This document shows positions 1-8,690 of a DNA stretch of 64,000 bases, piece after piece. The notes under the pieces were generated by a model. The model had not been told where the DNA came from. It made no database searches and saw nothing but the letters and a program-made list of their open reading frames with translations. The translations under genes and the position numbers were made by a program. The stretch spans positions 89,905 through 153,904 of the forward strand of contig JBDKLC010000005.1 of assembly GCA_039795775.1 (NCBI GenBank), written 5' to 3'. Each line of letters begins with the position of its first letter. The first letter of the stretch is position 1. This DNA is from Candidatus Parcubacteria bacterium (GTDB lineage: Bacteria > Patescibacteriota > Minisyncoccia > Phycocordibacterales > CAIZLB01).

Positions 1-229
1 AGTTAGTCATGCTATCTGTTGAAGCACAAATATCAAGAGTCACTCCATCAGCGGTTGTGAAAGGGTAGGTGTGTCTCGTATCTGTTCGTGTTTCAGAAGA
101 CTTTCGAGAAGAAATAATAGACACAGTAAAACCTGCTTTGGTCAAAGCTACGGAATCGTTATAGGTTTGTATTTCTACACCACCGCCCTCCATGAGTGGA
201 TAGTCGTGAATGTATAGTATTTTTTTCAT
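1..229 (-). CDS. GT4-family (GT-B) glycosyltransferase, N-terminal part, truncated by the window edge
   Basis: Not in the ORF track. ATG at 229-227 overlaps the TGA of the upstream deacetylase (ATGA). Reads MKKILYIHDYPLMEGGGVEIQTYNDSVALTKAGFTVSIIS, the typical GT4 N-terminal MKIL..GG.E....L...G..V pattern, and is open to position 1. Confidence 0.75.
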   Translation of the reverse strand, partial: MKKILYIHDYPLMEGGGVEIQTYNDSVALTKAGFTVSIISSRKSSETRTDTRHTYPFTTADGVTLDICASTDSMTN

Positions 230-954
230 GATGATTGTATAAATTCTGCCAATGCTACTGCCGCTCCGTGTGTCATTCGATACCAAGGTGGATTCACCAA
301 CTGGAAACATTCTGCATACGCTACGCCAATTCTGCCACCTCGTGCCATAGAGAGACCTTCGTCTAGTCTTGCTAAGTCACCAAGTCGCTCTCCATATGCC
401 ATCGCGATCGCTTTTTTCTTTAGCTCTTGAGTTGAAGTAATGTCGATGTAGATAGAGGGATTACCTAAAACATTTAATCCGTCAGACTCGAGAATGACAC
501 AGTCTTTTATCTTTTGCCCGTACTCGAGGAGCATACTTCTCATGGCAATCTCGATAGCTTGAAGTACGAGCGAATTTGTTTGTCGGTGTTCAAAGTGATA
601 ATCCTGGCTGTGTTGTACGATGATAATGTTTGGTCGAACAGATCTGATATATTTCACCAGTGCGAGCACATCTTGTTCATTATTTTCGAGGAATTGTGTT
701 TTGTTATCGTAGATATATGTAGTCATTCCTATAGCTTGAGCAAATGCATTCGCTTCTTTTTTTCTTTCCTCAATAACCAGATCATCTGATAGTGACGTCT
801 CAGCATTGTTTGGTTTACCACCTCTTCCAGGAGTTGTGATATATGAGTGAACATCAAAACCCCTCTTCGACATGAGAGCTAATGTTCCGGCTACTTGTGT
901 TTCGTCATCAGGGTGTGCCCCAATAAACATAATTGTGTTTTTGTTTGTATTCAT
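226..954 (-). CDS. PIG-L/LmbE family N-acetyl-sugar deacetylase (MshB/BshB-like)
   Basis: AHPDDE metal motif, R..EA..A....G segment, DYHFEH motif, C-terminal YAECF. Confidence 0.9.
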   Translation of the reverse strand: MNTNKNTIMFIGAHPDDETQVAGTLALMSKRGFDVHSYITTPGRGGKPNNAETSLSDDLVIEERKKEANAFAQAIGMTTYIYDNKTQFLENNEQDVLALVKYIRSVRPNIIIVQHSQDYHFEHRQTNSLVLQAIEIAMRSMLLEYGQKIKDCVILESDGLNVLGNPSIYIDITSTQELKKKAIAMAYGERLGDLARLDEGLSMARGGRIGVAYAECFQLVNPPWYRMTHGAAVALAEFIQSS

Positions 955-987
955 ACGTAAAAAAATTTATTAATAATTTGTATGGAA

Positions 988-1019
988 AGCAGTGAAATGG
1001 GTTGGGCCATTTCACTGCT
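988..1019 (-). other. Perfect 13-bp intergenic hairpin (mRNA stabiliser or weak terminator)
   Basis: AGCAGTGAAATGG-gttggg-CCATTTCACTGCT, with only a short U run on the minus strand. Confidence 0.55.
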
Positions 1020-1033
1020 GATGCGGTGGGCAA

Positions 1034-2068
1034 TTATGCCGTAACCACGAGTGTGCAGCCTTCAGAGACGATTGGAGTCGTCTTCATGCAGCGCACGAGA
1101 TCCGCTGGTGAGCGGTGACAGCACAAGTCTTCGAACTCACAAAGAGTGAGGTCCCTTTGCTTGGGCGATCCATCATCCGTGTTCGGGCGGAAGTAGAACC
1201 TTGTGCTCAGGCTCATGCGACCTGCATACTTTTGAGCCACCTGAGTGATGGTTCCACGAGGGTCAGAGTAGTCCCTCAGGAAAAAGTGTGCCGTCGCATT
1301 GATTTTCTCCTGCAGAAACAGTGCCGAGTATACATTGAGCTCAAGGCCCGTTACGTATACGAAGTGAGCAACTGTTGTGTCGTTGACAACCCACTTAGCA
1401 ACGCGTTGCGCCGCCCAGCAGCCTTGAGGGAGTTTTGCATCGTTTGCTTTTGTTACGATGTATGTCCCTTTTAGCCGCCTGAGTGAGCAACGTTCAGCAC
1501 AGCATGGACAAGTCCATGAGCCGATGGCTTTTCCTTCCGGAGTTACATCAGCGAGATCGCCGATCTTTATGCCGAGTTTCGTGCATTGATCGTGAAGCTC
1601 GACAATCTGAATCCGTGGAAGGATCTGACTTGCATCAAACCCTTCGTGACCGTGAAGCTTGTGGGCAACACGTTCGAGGTGGCGCATGCGTTGTTCGACG
1701 ACTGTTCCTTGTGCAAATATCGCATGCACTACCGGCAGTCCGAACAGAGCGCTCAGAAACTTGGCCTGACCGTAGAAGTCAAACCATATATCGGCAGTCT
1801 CTGCCAGACACCAGTCGCCCCAGATATGACCGTATTCGCCGATCGTTCCGGAAAGCATGATATCTGTCGTGATACTTGAACGTTGGAAGGTGTTCGCCAT
1901 CCAAAGAGCAGAGAAGAGCTCTGGAGCACGCAGGTTTGGAACCTGTGTTGATCCGTCGAAATGACAGATATGTTGAGGTTGTTCAGCCATGTGTGCGGCT
2001 TGTTGAATTCCCAGGGTCTGAAGTTCTGAGAATCCGCCATTGAGTGTTTTTGCGTATGTTGATTTCAC
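1034..2068 (-). CDS. Hypothetical protein, possible class I aminoacyl-tRNA synthetase/HUP-like ligase
   Basis: 344-aa ORF with GTG start. GHIWG (HIGH-like), CPCC..C cluster, VYVTGLE and GRMSLS (KMSKS-like) occur in the expected order. The function is speculative. Confidence 0.6.
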   Translation of the reverse strand: MKSTYAKTLNGGFSELQTLGIQQAAHMAEQPQHICHFDGSTQVPNLRAPELFSALWMANTFQRSSITTDIMLSGTIGEYGHIWGDWCLAETADIWFDFYGQAKFLSALFGLPVVHAIFAQGTVVEQRMRHLERVAHKLHGHEGFDASQILPRIQIVELHDQCTKLGIKIGDLADVTPEGKAIGSWTCPCCAERCSLRRLKGTYIVTKANDAKLPQGCWAAQRVAKWVVNDTTVAHFVYVTGLELNVYSALFLQEKINATAHFFLRDYSDPRGTITQVAQKYAGRMSLSTRFYFRPNTDDGSPKQRDLTLCEFEDLCCHRSPADLVRCMKTTPIVSEGCTLVVTA

Positions 2069-2118
2069 GGTAAAGTGCGTGTTTCTGTCGTTGTGTGTGG
2101 TTGTTAACGTTGAAAGAA

Positions 2119-2148
2119 CTAAAAAACCAGCTCATCGAGAGCTGGCTT
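2119..2148 (-). terminator. Attenuator (intrinsic) terminator upstream of the 344-aa gene
   Basis: Minus strand reads AAGCCAGCTCTCGATGAGCTGGTTTTTT: a GC stem followed by a U run. Confidence 0.8.
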
Positions 2149-2181
2149 ATAGTGAAGTAGATAATGTATGTAACGTGTCAG

Positions 2182-2289
2182 TTATATAATTTCAGCACAA
2201 GTCAGATCTCGATAATTAGAAATAAGCAGAGTCCAGAAAACTCGCTTAAAGAAATTATGTCGATATGTTGTGCCCAAATTAATTTGCAT
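2182..2289 (-). CDS. Putative 35-aa attenuation leader peptide MQINLGTTYRHNFFKRVFWTLLISNYRDLTCAEII
   Basis: ATG 7 nt after a TTGACC-17-TAATAT promoter. Its 3' part (2199-2213) is complementary at 13/15 nt to the 5' arm of the terminator (2134-2148). Confidence 0.6.
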   Translation of the reverse strand: MQINLGTTYRHNFFKRVFWTLLISNYRDLTCAEII

Positions 2290-2296
2290 GTGGAAT

Positions 2297-2325
2297 ATAT
2301 TATATGATATTTCTACATCGGTCAA
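2297..2325 (-). promoter_or_regulatory. sigma70-type promoter of the leader/operon
   Basis: Minus strand TTGACC-gatgtagaaatatcata-TAATAT. Confidence 0.6.
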
Positions 2326-2431
2326 ATAATGTGATAAATAAAGCAATATTTTTATAACGCAACTTGCTGCATCACTGTGGCTTTTTTATATGAGTGGTAT
2401 AATAGACGTATAACAAATTTAATAAGATAAA

Positions 2432-3133
2432 ATGAAATCAAAACGAGCCGGGTTTGCAATGGTAGGTGTTTTAGTTCTTTCCATTGCAGTCCTTACTGGC
2501 GTCACTTACATACTAAAAAATGCAGGTACACCTAACGATCCTGTCACTTTGGTAGCCCAAGCAATAAAAGGTGCAAAGTCAACTCCTTCGGGATCTGGAA
2601 AACCACCATGTCCAAAAAAATGTGTTGCTTTGAAAGCAAAAGCGGACGCAGCAGCGGATGCAGCAGATAAAGCAAATAAAGCCACTGAGAAAGCTTGCGA
2701 GAGAAAAATCAATCCTGATGGGTCACAAGGTGATCTTATAAACAAAGCAGCATGTGATAAAGCAATCGAAGCCGGTAAAAGGGCTCGAGCTGCTGCTGAA
2801 AAGGCTTCACTTGACTATGTTAAGTGTATTAACCAAAACGCTGCATGGCAGTTATGTCCACACTCTAGCTTTCCATATAGTTGGAATATTGATGATCCAG
2901 ACAAACAATGTGCAAAACTAGAGGCTAATTTAGAACAGCAGAGAAAGTGGTTGGTTGCTTCACTTGAATCATATAAAAAATGTATGGAGAACCCACCAAT
3001 GAGACCGTATTGTACAAATCCAAATGGTAGTGAGTATGAACGTGCTCTTCTAGATCTAGGATTTTATTGTCCAGATTCTGCTCGCAACAAACCTTCTTCG
3101 TCAGAGATACTCAGTGGAGTAAGAAAAAATTAA
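2432..3133 (+). CDS. Cys-rich exported protein with prepilin-like N-terminus
   Basis: MKSKRAG|FAMVGVLVLSI followed by a hydrophobic helix; 10 Cys residues; followed by a terminator. Confidence 0.7.
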   Translation: MKSKRAGFAMVGVLVLSIAVLTGVTYILKNAGTPNDPVTLVAQAIKGAKSTPSGSGKPPCPKKCVALKAKADAAADAADKANKATEKACERKINPDGSQGDLINKAACDKAIEAGKRARAAAEKASLDYVKCINQNAAWQLCPHSSFPYSWNIDDPDKQCAKLEANLEQQRKWLVASLESYKKCMENPPMRPYCTNPNGSEYERALLDLGFYCPDSARNKPSSSEILSGVRKN

Positions 3134-3156
3134 TTTAGCTGATTGTAATTAAACAT

Positions 3157-3184
3157 AAAAAAGCCACCGCAAGGTGGCTTTTTT
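3157..3184. terminator. Bidirectional intrinsic terminator
   Basis: AAAAAAGCCACC-GCAA-GGTGGCTTTTTT between convergent genes. Confidence 0.85.
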
Positions 3185-3224
3185 ATTTGAGCAGTTATAT
3201 TTGCTCTGAATGGGATTGGTGAAA

Positions 3225-4370
3225 TTATCGATAGAAACTTACAGATGCTGTGTTGTTTCCTTCGTTTGATTCAACGAGGTAGTTACTTGGGTCAAGCCAC
3301 ATAGTAACTGAGTTGTTACCCGCTCGGATGTTGTCGAATTCTACGACGTAGATGACTGAACTGTTTCCTGGAATAGAAATTTCAGCATTTGAGTTATAAA
3401 TTCGAGTTGGACTGTCAGCAAGTTCGCCTCGGAAGTACCAAGGACCTGTCGCATTGTTTCCGTTGTTTACAACTTCGAATCGAATCGCAACACGATTTGA
3501 GTTTTGAAGGTTTGTAGTAGGGTAGAATTGACCACCAGAGAGTATTCCAGACTGAATGTTTCGGATGGCGAGATCAGGTTGTACTGAGCCGTTACCGTTA
3601 CCATTGTAGTTTGTTCCACTTACTGAGAGTGGTACAGATGCAACGTTGTTTCCTTCGTTTGATTCAGCAACACCATTGAATGGGTCGGCAGTAATCACAA
3701 CAGTTGGATTGTTGTCTGTTCGTGGTCTATCAAAGATAGCCTGACCTTCGATTGCAAGACCTGCTGGAATAGATCCGATATTTGTAATATCACGAACCTG
3801 ATCTGCAGCATCGAGAGACGGCATAGTTACCTTGAGATTCCATGTTCCAGTTGAACCAGTACCTCGGTTTTCTACTTTAAATTTTACAACGACAGAATCA
3901 CTTGTAGTAAATGTGTTTGTTGGAATGAATGCGCCTGCTGAGTTGATGATTCCTTTTTCAAGAACAGTCACAACGAGGTCTGGATTACCAGGAACGTATC
4001 CAGGTACATATGATGTACCACCAGTTGGACGTGTATAACCACCACCTGTAGAAGGTCGTGTCACAGTACCAGAGTTTGATCCTGAAGAATTGTTAGAACC
4101 AGTTGTAGTTGGTTTTGATGTAGAAGGAGTACTTGAGGAAATGATAACGAATCCACCATTTGATGTTGGTGTAGTAGTAGCTGTACCAGTTTTCTTATCG
4201 TCACCACCAAAAAGGGAAGTGATAGATACAGATGCGTTGGCGAGAGCGTTAAGAGCTCGAGGTACAATTCGTACGATACCAATACTCAAAAATACGAGGA
4301 TTGCTAAAATTCCGAGGATGACAAGTACACGGAGTACTGTCTGTGATGTCTTGTTTTCGTTGTTTTCCAT
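3225..4370 (-). CDS. Membrane-anchored surface protein with two CARDB (Ig-like) domains
   Basis: N-terminal TM helix, S/T-rich linker, two PDL...V.N.G...DP.N.V.ESNEGNN repeats. Confidence 0.85.
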   Translation of the reverse strand: MENNENKTSQTVLRVLVILGILAILVFLSIGIVRIVPRALNALANASVSITSLFGGDDKKTGTATTTPTSNGGFVIISSSTPSTSKPTTTGSNNSSGSNSGTVTRPSTGGGYTRPTGGTSYVPGYVPGNPDLVVTVLEKGIINSAGAFIPTNTFTTSDSVVVKFKVENRGTGSTGTWNLKVTMPSLDAADQVRDITNIGSIPAGLAIEGQAIFDRPRTDNNPTVVITADPFNGVAESNEGNNVASVPLSVSGTNYNGNGNGSVQPDLAIRNIQSGILSGGQFYPTTNLQNSNRVAIRFEVVNNGNNATGPWYFRGELADSPTRIYNSNAEISIPGNSSVIYVVEFDNIRAGNNSVTMWLDPSNYLVESNEGNNTASVSFYR

Positions 4371-4502
4371 AGTGGCTGAATAATACCATATAATACATAT
4401 ACGTCAAGTGCTCCTGTTGCAACTCATTTCATATACATAATGCGATAGAGGTCGCGTTTAATAATCGTTATCACCCTACTACATATGACGAATAGAATAG
4501 GA

Positions 4503-4531
4503 TTGACTTATACACCATTTTGATGTATAAT
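4503..4531 (+). promoter_or_regulatory. sigma70 promoter, near-leaderless sortase mRNA
   Basis: TTGACT-17-TATAAT, with ATG 7 nt downstream. Confidence 0.7.
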
Positions 4532-4538
4532 AGTCTTA

Positions 4539-5246
4539 ATGAATAATCTCTTTCAGAGACACGAAATTCGATTTATCGCCTGGTTTTCAGGGATATTTCT
4601 ACTTACAATAGCCATACTTTCAGGTACTGGTTTTATTCCTAGTGAATTCCAAGAAAAGACACCAGAACCGGGCATATTTGAAAAAATGCGTTTGGCCTTC
4701 CTTGGTGTACCGTATTGGGCACCTTCGGCTACAGAACTCCCTTCAAGAGGCACTAGTAAGAGCACAACTACAACTACTAATAAAAATACGACTACAGAGG
4801 TACAGGTAGAAACACCAGTACGTTTGGCTATTCCAATGATTGATCTCGATACGGGTATTCGAAATCCTGCTTCTACAAACACAACACTTCTCGACGACGA
4901 ACTCCAGCGGGGTGCAGTGCGATACCCAGGATCCGGCTATCCAGGAGTAGGAAATATGTTTATTTTTGGCCATAGTACAAGTTTCAGTATTGTACAAAAC
5001 CAAGCATACAAAGTGTTCAACCGTCTCAAGGAACTCAAGACAGGGGACGAGATTAAGGTCTATTCTGACTCACAGGTATACGTCTATAAAGTTACAACAG
5101 TAAAAAAAGTTGACAAGAACGACACCTGGGTTAAATTCGATGTAGATAACAACATTCTCACTCTCTCTACATGTGATAGTTTCGGTAAAAAAGCTGACAG
5201 ATACGTGGTTGAAGCACAATACATTAGTAAGGGGGCTGTCAAGTAA
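4539..5246 (+). CDS. Sortase
   Basis: N-terminal TM helix; IFGHS (His), LTLSTC (Cys) and downstream Arg form the catalytic triad; F..L..LK.GD.I.V motif. Confidence 0.92.
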   Translation: MNNLFQRHEIRFIAWFSGIFLLTIAILSGTGFIPSEFQEKTPEPGIFEKMRLAFLGVPYWAPSATELPSRGTSKSTTTTTNKNTTTEVQVETPVRLAIPMIDLDTGIRNPASTNTTLLDDELQRGAVRYPGSGYPGVGNMFIFGHSTSFSIVQNQAYKVFNRLKELKTGDEIKVYSDSQVYVYKVTTVKKVDKNDTWVKFDVDNNILTLSTCDSFGKKADRYVVEAQYISKGAVK

Positions 5247-5250
5247 GTAC

Positions 5251-5279
5251 TTGACTTATTCTAACAATCGGTATATAAT
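5251..5279 (+). promoter_or_regulatory. sigma70 promoter
   Basis: TTGACT-17-TATAAT, with ATG 9 nt downstream. Confidence 0.7.
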
Positions 5280-5288
5280 AGTAACACT

Positions 5289-6746
5289 ATGAATATGAAT
5301 ATTACAAACACAATTTCAGGTAAAAAGCGAGCAGGATTCTTGGCTATCTGTGCGGTCCTCTTTGCTTTCACATTAATGGTAATTCCAGCACAGGTACAGG
5401 CCGGTGGAGACGAAGGTGACGACTACGATACAAGTGGCGTTAACTGGGGAAACTCAGACTACGATACAAGTGGTGTAAACTGGGGAAACTCAGATTACGA
5501 TACTAGTGGTGTAAACTGGGGTTCTAACGGATACAGTTCAGGTGGTGCATCTGATAGTGGTTCAAACTACTATACATATGATACTCCAACTTATAAGTAT
5601 TACTCACCATCATCATCTGGTTCAGGTTATACAAACTACTCGACACCTACATACAAGTACAATACTTCAAGAGGTAACGGTGGTAGTTTAGCTTCTGGTT
5701 ACACACCGATGACATATGTCCCTTACAATAGTAATAAAAATACTAATACACAGGGTCAGTCTTCAAGTAACAAGAATACAAACACAAACAATAACTCTAG
5801 TAAGTCTACTAGTGCGAGTACTGCAAGTGCGAACAACACAAACAATATTTCGAACACTAACAACAACCAGGACATTACGAACAACGTAAACAACAACAAC
5901 ATTAGTCTCGTTGTATACGCAGCTGGTGCTACATCAACTTACAGTAATGTGAGTGATAACAATCAGCAGCTCGATGGTTATTGTGTGATCAACCCTTCAA
6001 CAGCCGAAATAAACCAGGATCTTAACTTCATGGCTTATCCAAACGGTGGTAACGGTTCATACACATATAGTTGGTCAGGTACTGACGGTCTTACAAGTAC
6101 ATATCAGAACTTTACAGGACGATACGGTACAGCTGGATACAAAACAGCATACGTAACTATCCGATCTGGAAGTCAGATTGTAACAAAGACATGTAGTACA
6201 ACTATCGTACAGCGATATACACCTCCTACAGGTAACTCAATCAGTGCATACTGTGTTGCGACACCTTCATCAGTTGGTATCAACCAGACTGTGACATGGA
6301 ACGTATACGCTTCAGGTGGTAACGGTAACTACGGTTACTACTGGTCAGGTACAGACAGTCTCTTCGGATACTCTCAGTACATCCAGAAGTCATATAGTTA
6401 TGCTGGTACTAAACAAGCATCAGTTACAGTAACTTCAGGTGGTCAGTCAATTACAGCTACATGTAATGCTGATGTCACAGGAGGTTCAGTATCTAATGTA
6501 AATGTCTACCGACAGCCTACATCTGGTACACCAGTTTCAGGAGTATTCTTGAATCAGGTTCCAGACACAGGTATCAACTGGAGTTTGAAAACAACTCTCT
6601 TCGCGGCAGGTCTTCTTATGTGGAGTGCATTCGTAGCATACATGGTTATCGCTCGACGAAAGCAGTCTCTCGCACTTGCATCTGGTACTTCTAAGGAAGC
6701 AGCATTCAAGCTCGCAAACATGCAGAAGAAAGGTTTGATCTCATAA
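5289..6746 (+). CDS. Sortase-substrate surface protein (VPDTG sorting signal, two PKD-like domains)
   Basis: Signal peptide, N/S/T/Y-rich region, two GGNG.Y.Y.WSGTD.L...Y...G.K.A.VT repeats, C-terminal VPDTG + TM helix + RRK. Confidence 0.85.
   Translation: MNMNITNTISGKKRAGFLAICAVLFAFTLMVIPAQVQAGGDEGDDYDTSGVNWGNSDYDTSGVNWGNSDYDTSGVNWGSNGYSSGGASDSGSNYYTYDTPTYKYYSPSSSGSGYTNYSTPTYKYNTSRGNGGSLASGYTPMTYVPYNSNKNTNTQGQSSSNKNTNTNNNSSKSTSASTASANNTNNISNTNNNQDITNNVNNNNISLVVYAAGATSTYSNVSDNNQQLDGYCVINPSTAEINQDLNFMAYPNGGNGSYTYSWSGTDGLTSTYQNFTGRYGTAGYKTAYVTIRSGSQIVTKTCSTTIVQRYTPPTGNSISAYCVATPSSVGINQTVTWNVYASGGNGNYGYYWSGTDSLFGYSQYIQKSYSYAGTKQASVTVTSGGQSITATCNADVTGGSVSNVNVYRQPTSGTPVSGVFLNQVPDTGINWSLKTTLFAAGLLMWSAFVAYMVIARRKQSLALASGTSKEAAFKLANMQKKGLIS
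5421..5522 (+). repeat. 36-bp coding tandem repeat (~2.8 copies; DYDTSGVNWGNS)
   Basis: GACTACGATACAAGTGGCGTTAACTGGGGAAACTCA at 5421, 5457 and 5493 with synonymous changes and no spacers. Confidence 0.9.
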
Positions 6747-6810
6747 ACGGATTTCAAATCAGGACTCACGTCCCGAAAGCAAAGTAAGTTCATATTCATT
6801 CTCAACTCAT

Positions 6811-6844
6811 AAACAAAAAGCCCCAGCAATGGGGCTTTTTGTTT
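6811..6844. terminator. Bidirectional intrinsic terminator
   Basis: AAACAAAAAGCCCCA-GCAA-TGGGGCTTTTTGTTT. Confidence 0.85.
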
Positions 6845-6858
6845 TGCTTTATTTTTTC

Positions 6859-8619
6859 TTAGTACGCCTTAGAATTGTTTTCTTCTGTAAGCTTTTGTGT
6901 CACTGCTTCGATAGACATCTGGCCAAGGTTGCCTTTGTCTCGACTTTCGAGAGTTACCATGTTTGCTTCTATTTCTTTGTCACCGATAACAATCCAATAA
7001 GGAAGTTTGTCGACTTTTGAAGCTCGCACTTTCTTTCCAAGACCTTCTGCAGAGTCGTCGAGTTCTGATCGGAGGCCTGCGGCAGTGAGAGCTGCGTGAA
7101 CTGTCTTTGCGTATTCGTGCTGTCGTTCACCGATAGGGATAATCTTTACTTGTACAGGTGAAAGCCAGAGAGGGAAGTTGCCCGCCAAGTGTTCGATGAG
7201 AGTAGCCATGAATCGTTCGATAGAACCCATAATGGCACAGTGAATCATCACGATCTGTTCTTTTTCACCTTTCTCATTTATACATGTGAGACCAAATCGC
7301 TGAGGCATGTTGAAGTCGAGCTGAATTGTAGCTACCTGAAGTGTTCGTCCGATAGAGTCTTTACTGATGAAGTCGATCTTTGGTCCGTACATTGCTGCTT
7401 CACCTTTACCGTCGATGTATTCGTAGCCTCGCTTTTCGATAATAGCTTTGATTTGATTTTCAGCTTTTTCCCATGTCTCTTTTGTACCAATATATTTTTC
7501 AAAAGATTCTGGATCGTGTCGTGAGAATCGTACTTGGAGGTTGTTGAAACCGAATGTCTTGTAGAAGTTGTCGATGATATCCCAGATAGCAAAGATTTCT
7601 TCTTCAATTTGAATTTCTCGACAGAATACGTGTGCATCGTCTTGAGTAATAGATCGTACTCGTGAAAGACCAGCAAGCTCACCTGACTGTTCGTCTCGAT
7701 ATACCATTGTAGTTTCGCAGTATCGTTGTGGAAGGTCCTTGTAACTTCGCTGTGCACTATCGTAGATCTGAGTATGGTGAGGACAGTTCATTGGCTTCAT
7801 TGCAAAGAGATGCTTTTCTCGAGTTTCAATCTTGAAGAGTTCATCTGCAAATTTTGCCCAGTGACCTGATGTCTCGTAGAGGTCCTTTTTTGTGATGTGA
7901 GGAATAGTTACTTTCTGGTAGCCTTTTGCTTTTCGCATGTCCCATACGTAGTCGTTGAGAGCTTCTCGGATAAATGTTCCTTTTGGAGTCCAGAGTGGAA
8001 GACCTGAACCTACGAGTTCAGAGAATACGAAGAGTCCCATTTCTTTACCAATCTTTTTGTGATCTCGTTTTGCAGCTTCTTCCATTTGGAGGACATACGC
8101 CTCGAGTTCTTCTTTTGAGTGAAAGGCGAGACCGTATACTCGACTGAGCATTTTGTTCTTTTCATCACCTCGCCAGTATGCGCCAGCGATTTTTGAAAGC
8201 TTGAATGAGTGAGCATCTATGTCTTTGCTTGGGTGTTCTACGTGACCACCTCGACAGAGGTCTGTGAATGCTCCTGATGTGTAGAGGGTAATGTCTTCAC
8301 CTTTTGCTACGATCTCTTCGATGAGCTCGAGTTTGAAAGGGTTGTCTGCAAAGTATGCTCGGGCTTCATCAGCTGAAACTTTCTTATGAGAAAATTCTGT
8401 CCATGTTTTGAGAAGTTCTCGCATTTTCTTTTCGATAGCCGGAAAGTCTTTTTCTGAAACGGCAGTATCTTTGTCTTGTGCAAAGTCCATGTCGTAATAG
8501 AAGCCATTGTCTACAGCTGGGCCAATGGTAAGAAGCGTCTTTGGATAGAGTTCGGTGATTGCTGCCGCTAAAAGGTGGGCAAGTGTATGTCGTACGTGTT
8601 CTATATTTGGCTTATTCAT
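6859..8619 (-). CDS. thrS: Threonine--tRNA ligase (no N-terminal TGS domain)
   Basis: HTLAHLLA, DLCRGGH, KPMNCPHH and GPKID motifs; start taken at ATG MNKP. Confidence 0.97.
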   Translation of the reverse strand: MNKPNIEHVRHTLAHLLAAAITELYPKTLLTIGPAVDNGFYYDMDFAQDKDTAVSEKDFPAIEKKMRELLKTWTEFSHKKVSADEARAYFADNPFKLELIEEIVAKGEDITLYTSGAFTDLCRGGHVEHPSKDIDAHSFKLSKIAGAYWRGDEKNKMLSRVYGLAFHSKEELEAYVLQMEEAAKRDHKKIGKEMGLFVFSELVGSGLPLWTPKGTFIREALNDYVWDMRKAKGYQKVTIPHITKKDLYETSGHWAKFADELFKIETREKHLFAMKPMNCPHHTQIYDSAQRSYKDLPQRYCETTMVYRDEQSGELAGLSRVRSITQDDAHVFCREIQIEEEIFAIWDIIDNFYKTFGFNNLQVRFSRHDPESFEKYIGTKETWEKAENQIKAIIEKRGYEYIDGKGEAAMYGPKIDFISKDSIGRTLQVATIQLDFNMPQRFGLTCINEKGEKEQIVMIHCAIMGSIERFMATLIEHLAGNFPLWLSPVQVKIIPIGERQHEYAKTVHAALTAAGLRSELDDSAEGLGKKVRASKVDKLPYWIVIGDKEIEANMVTLESRDKGNLGQMSIEAVTQKLTEENNSKAY

Positions 8620-8690
8620 AAACAATTGGTTATGACAGCTATAGTAGCAGGTTTTGGCAGGAGATTAAAGCCAAGCGGCTGAGGTGCTCG

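Noticed and set aside
5421-5522. 36-bp repeats as a CRISPR array
   Set aside because: The copies are head-to-tail with no spacers, are in frame within a CDS and differ only at synonymous sites.
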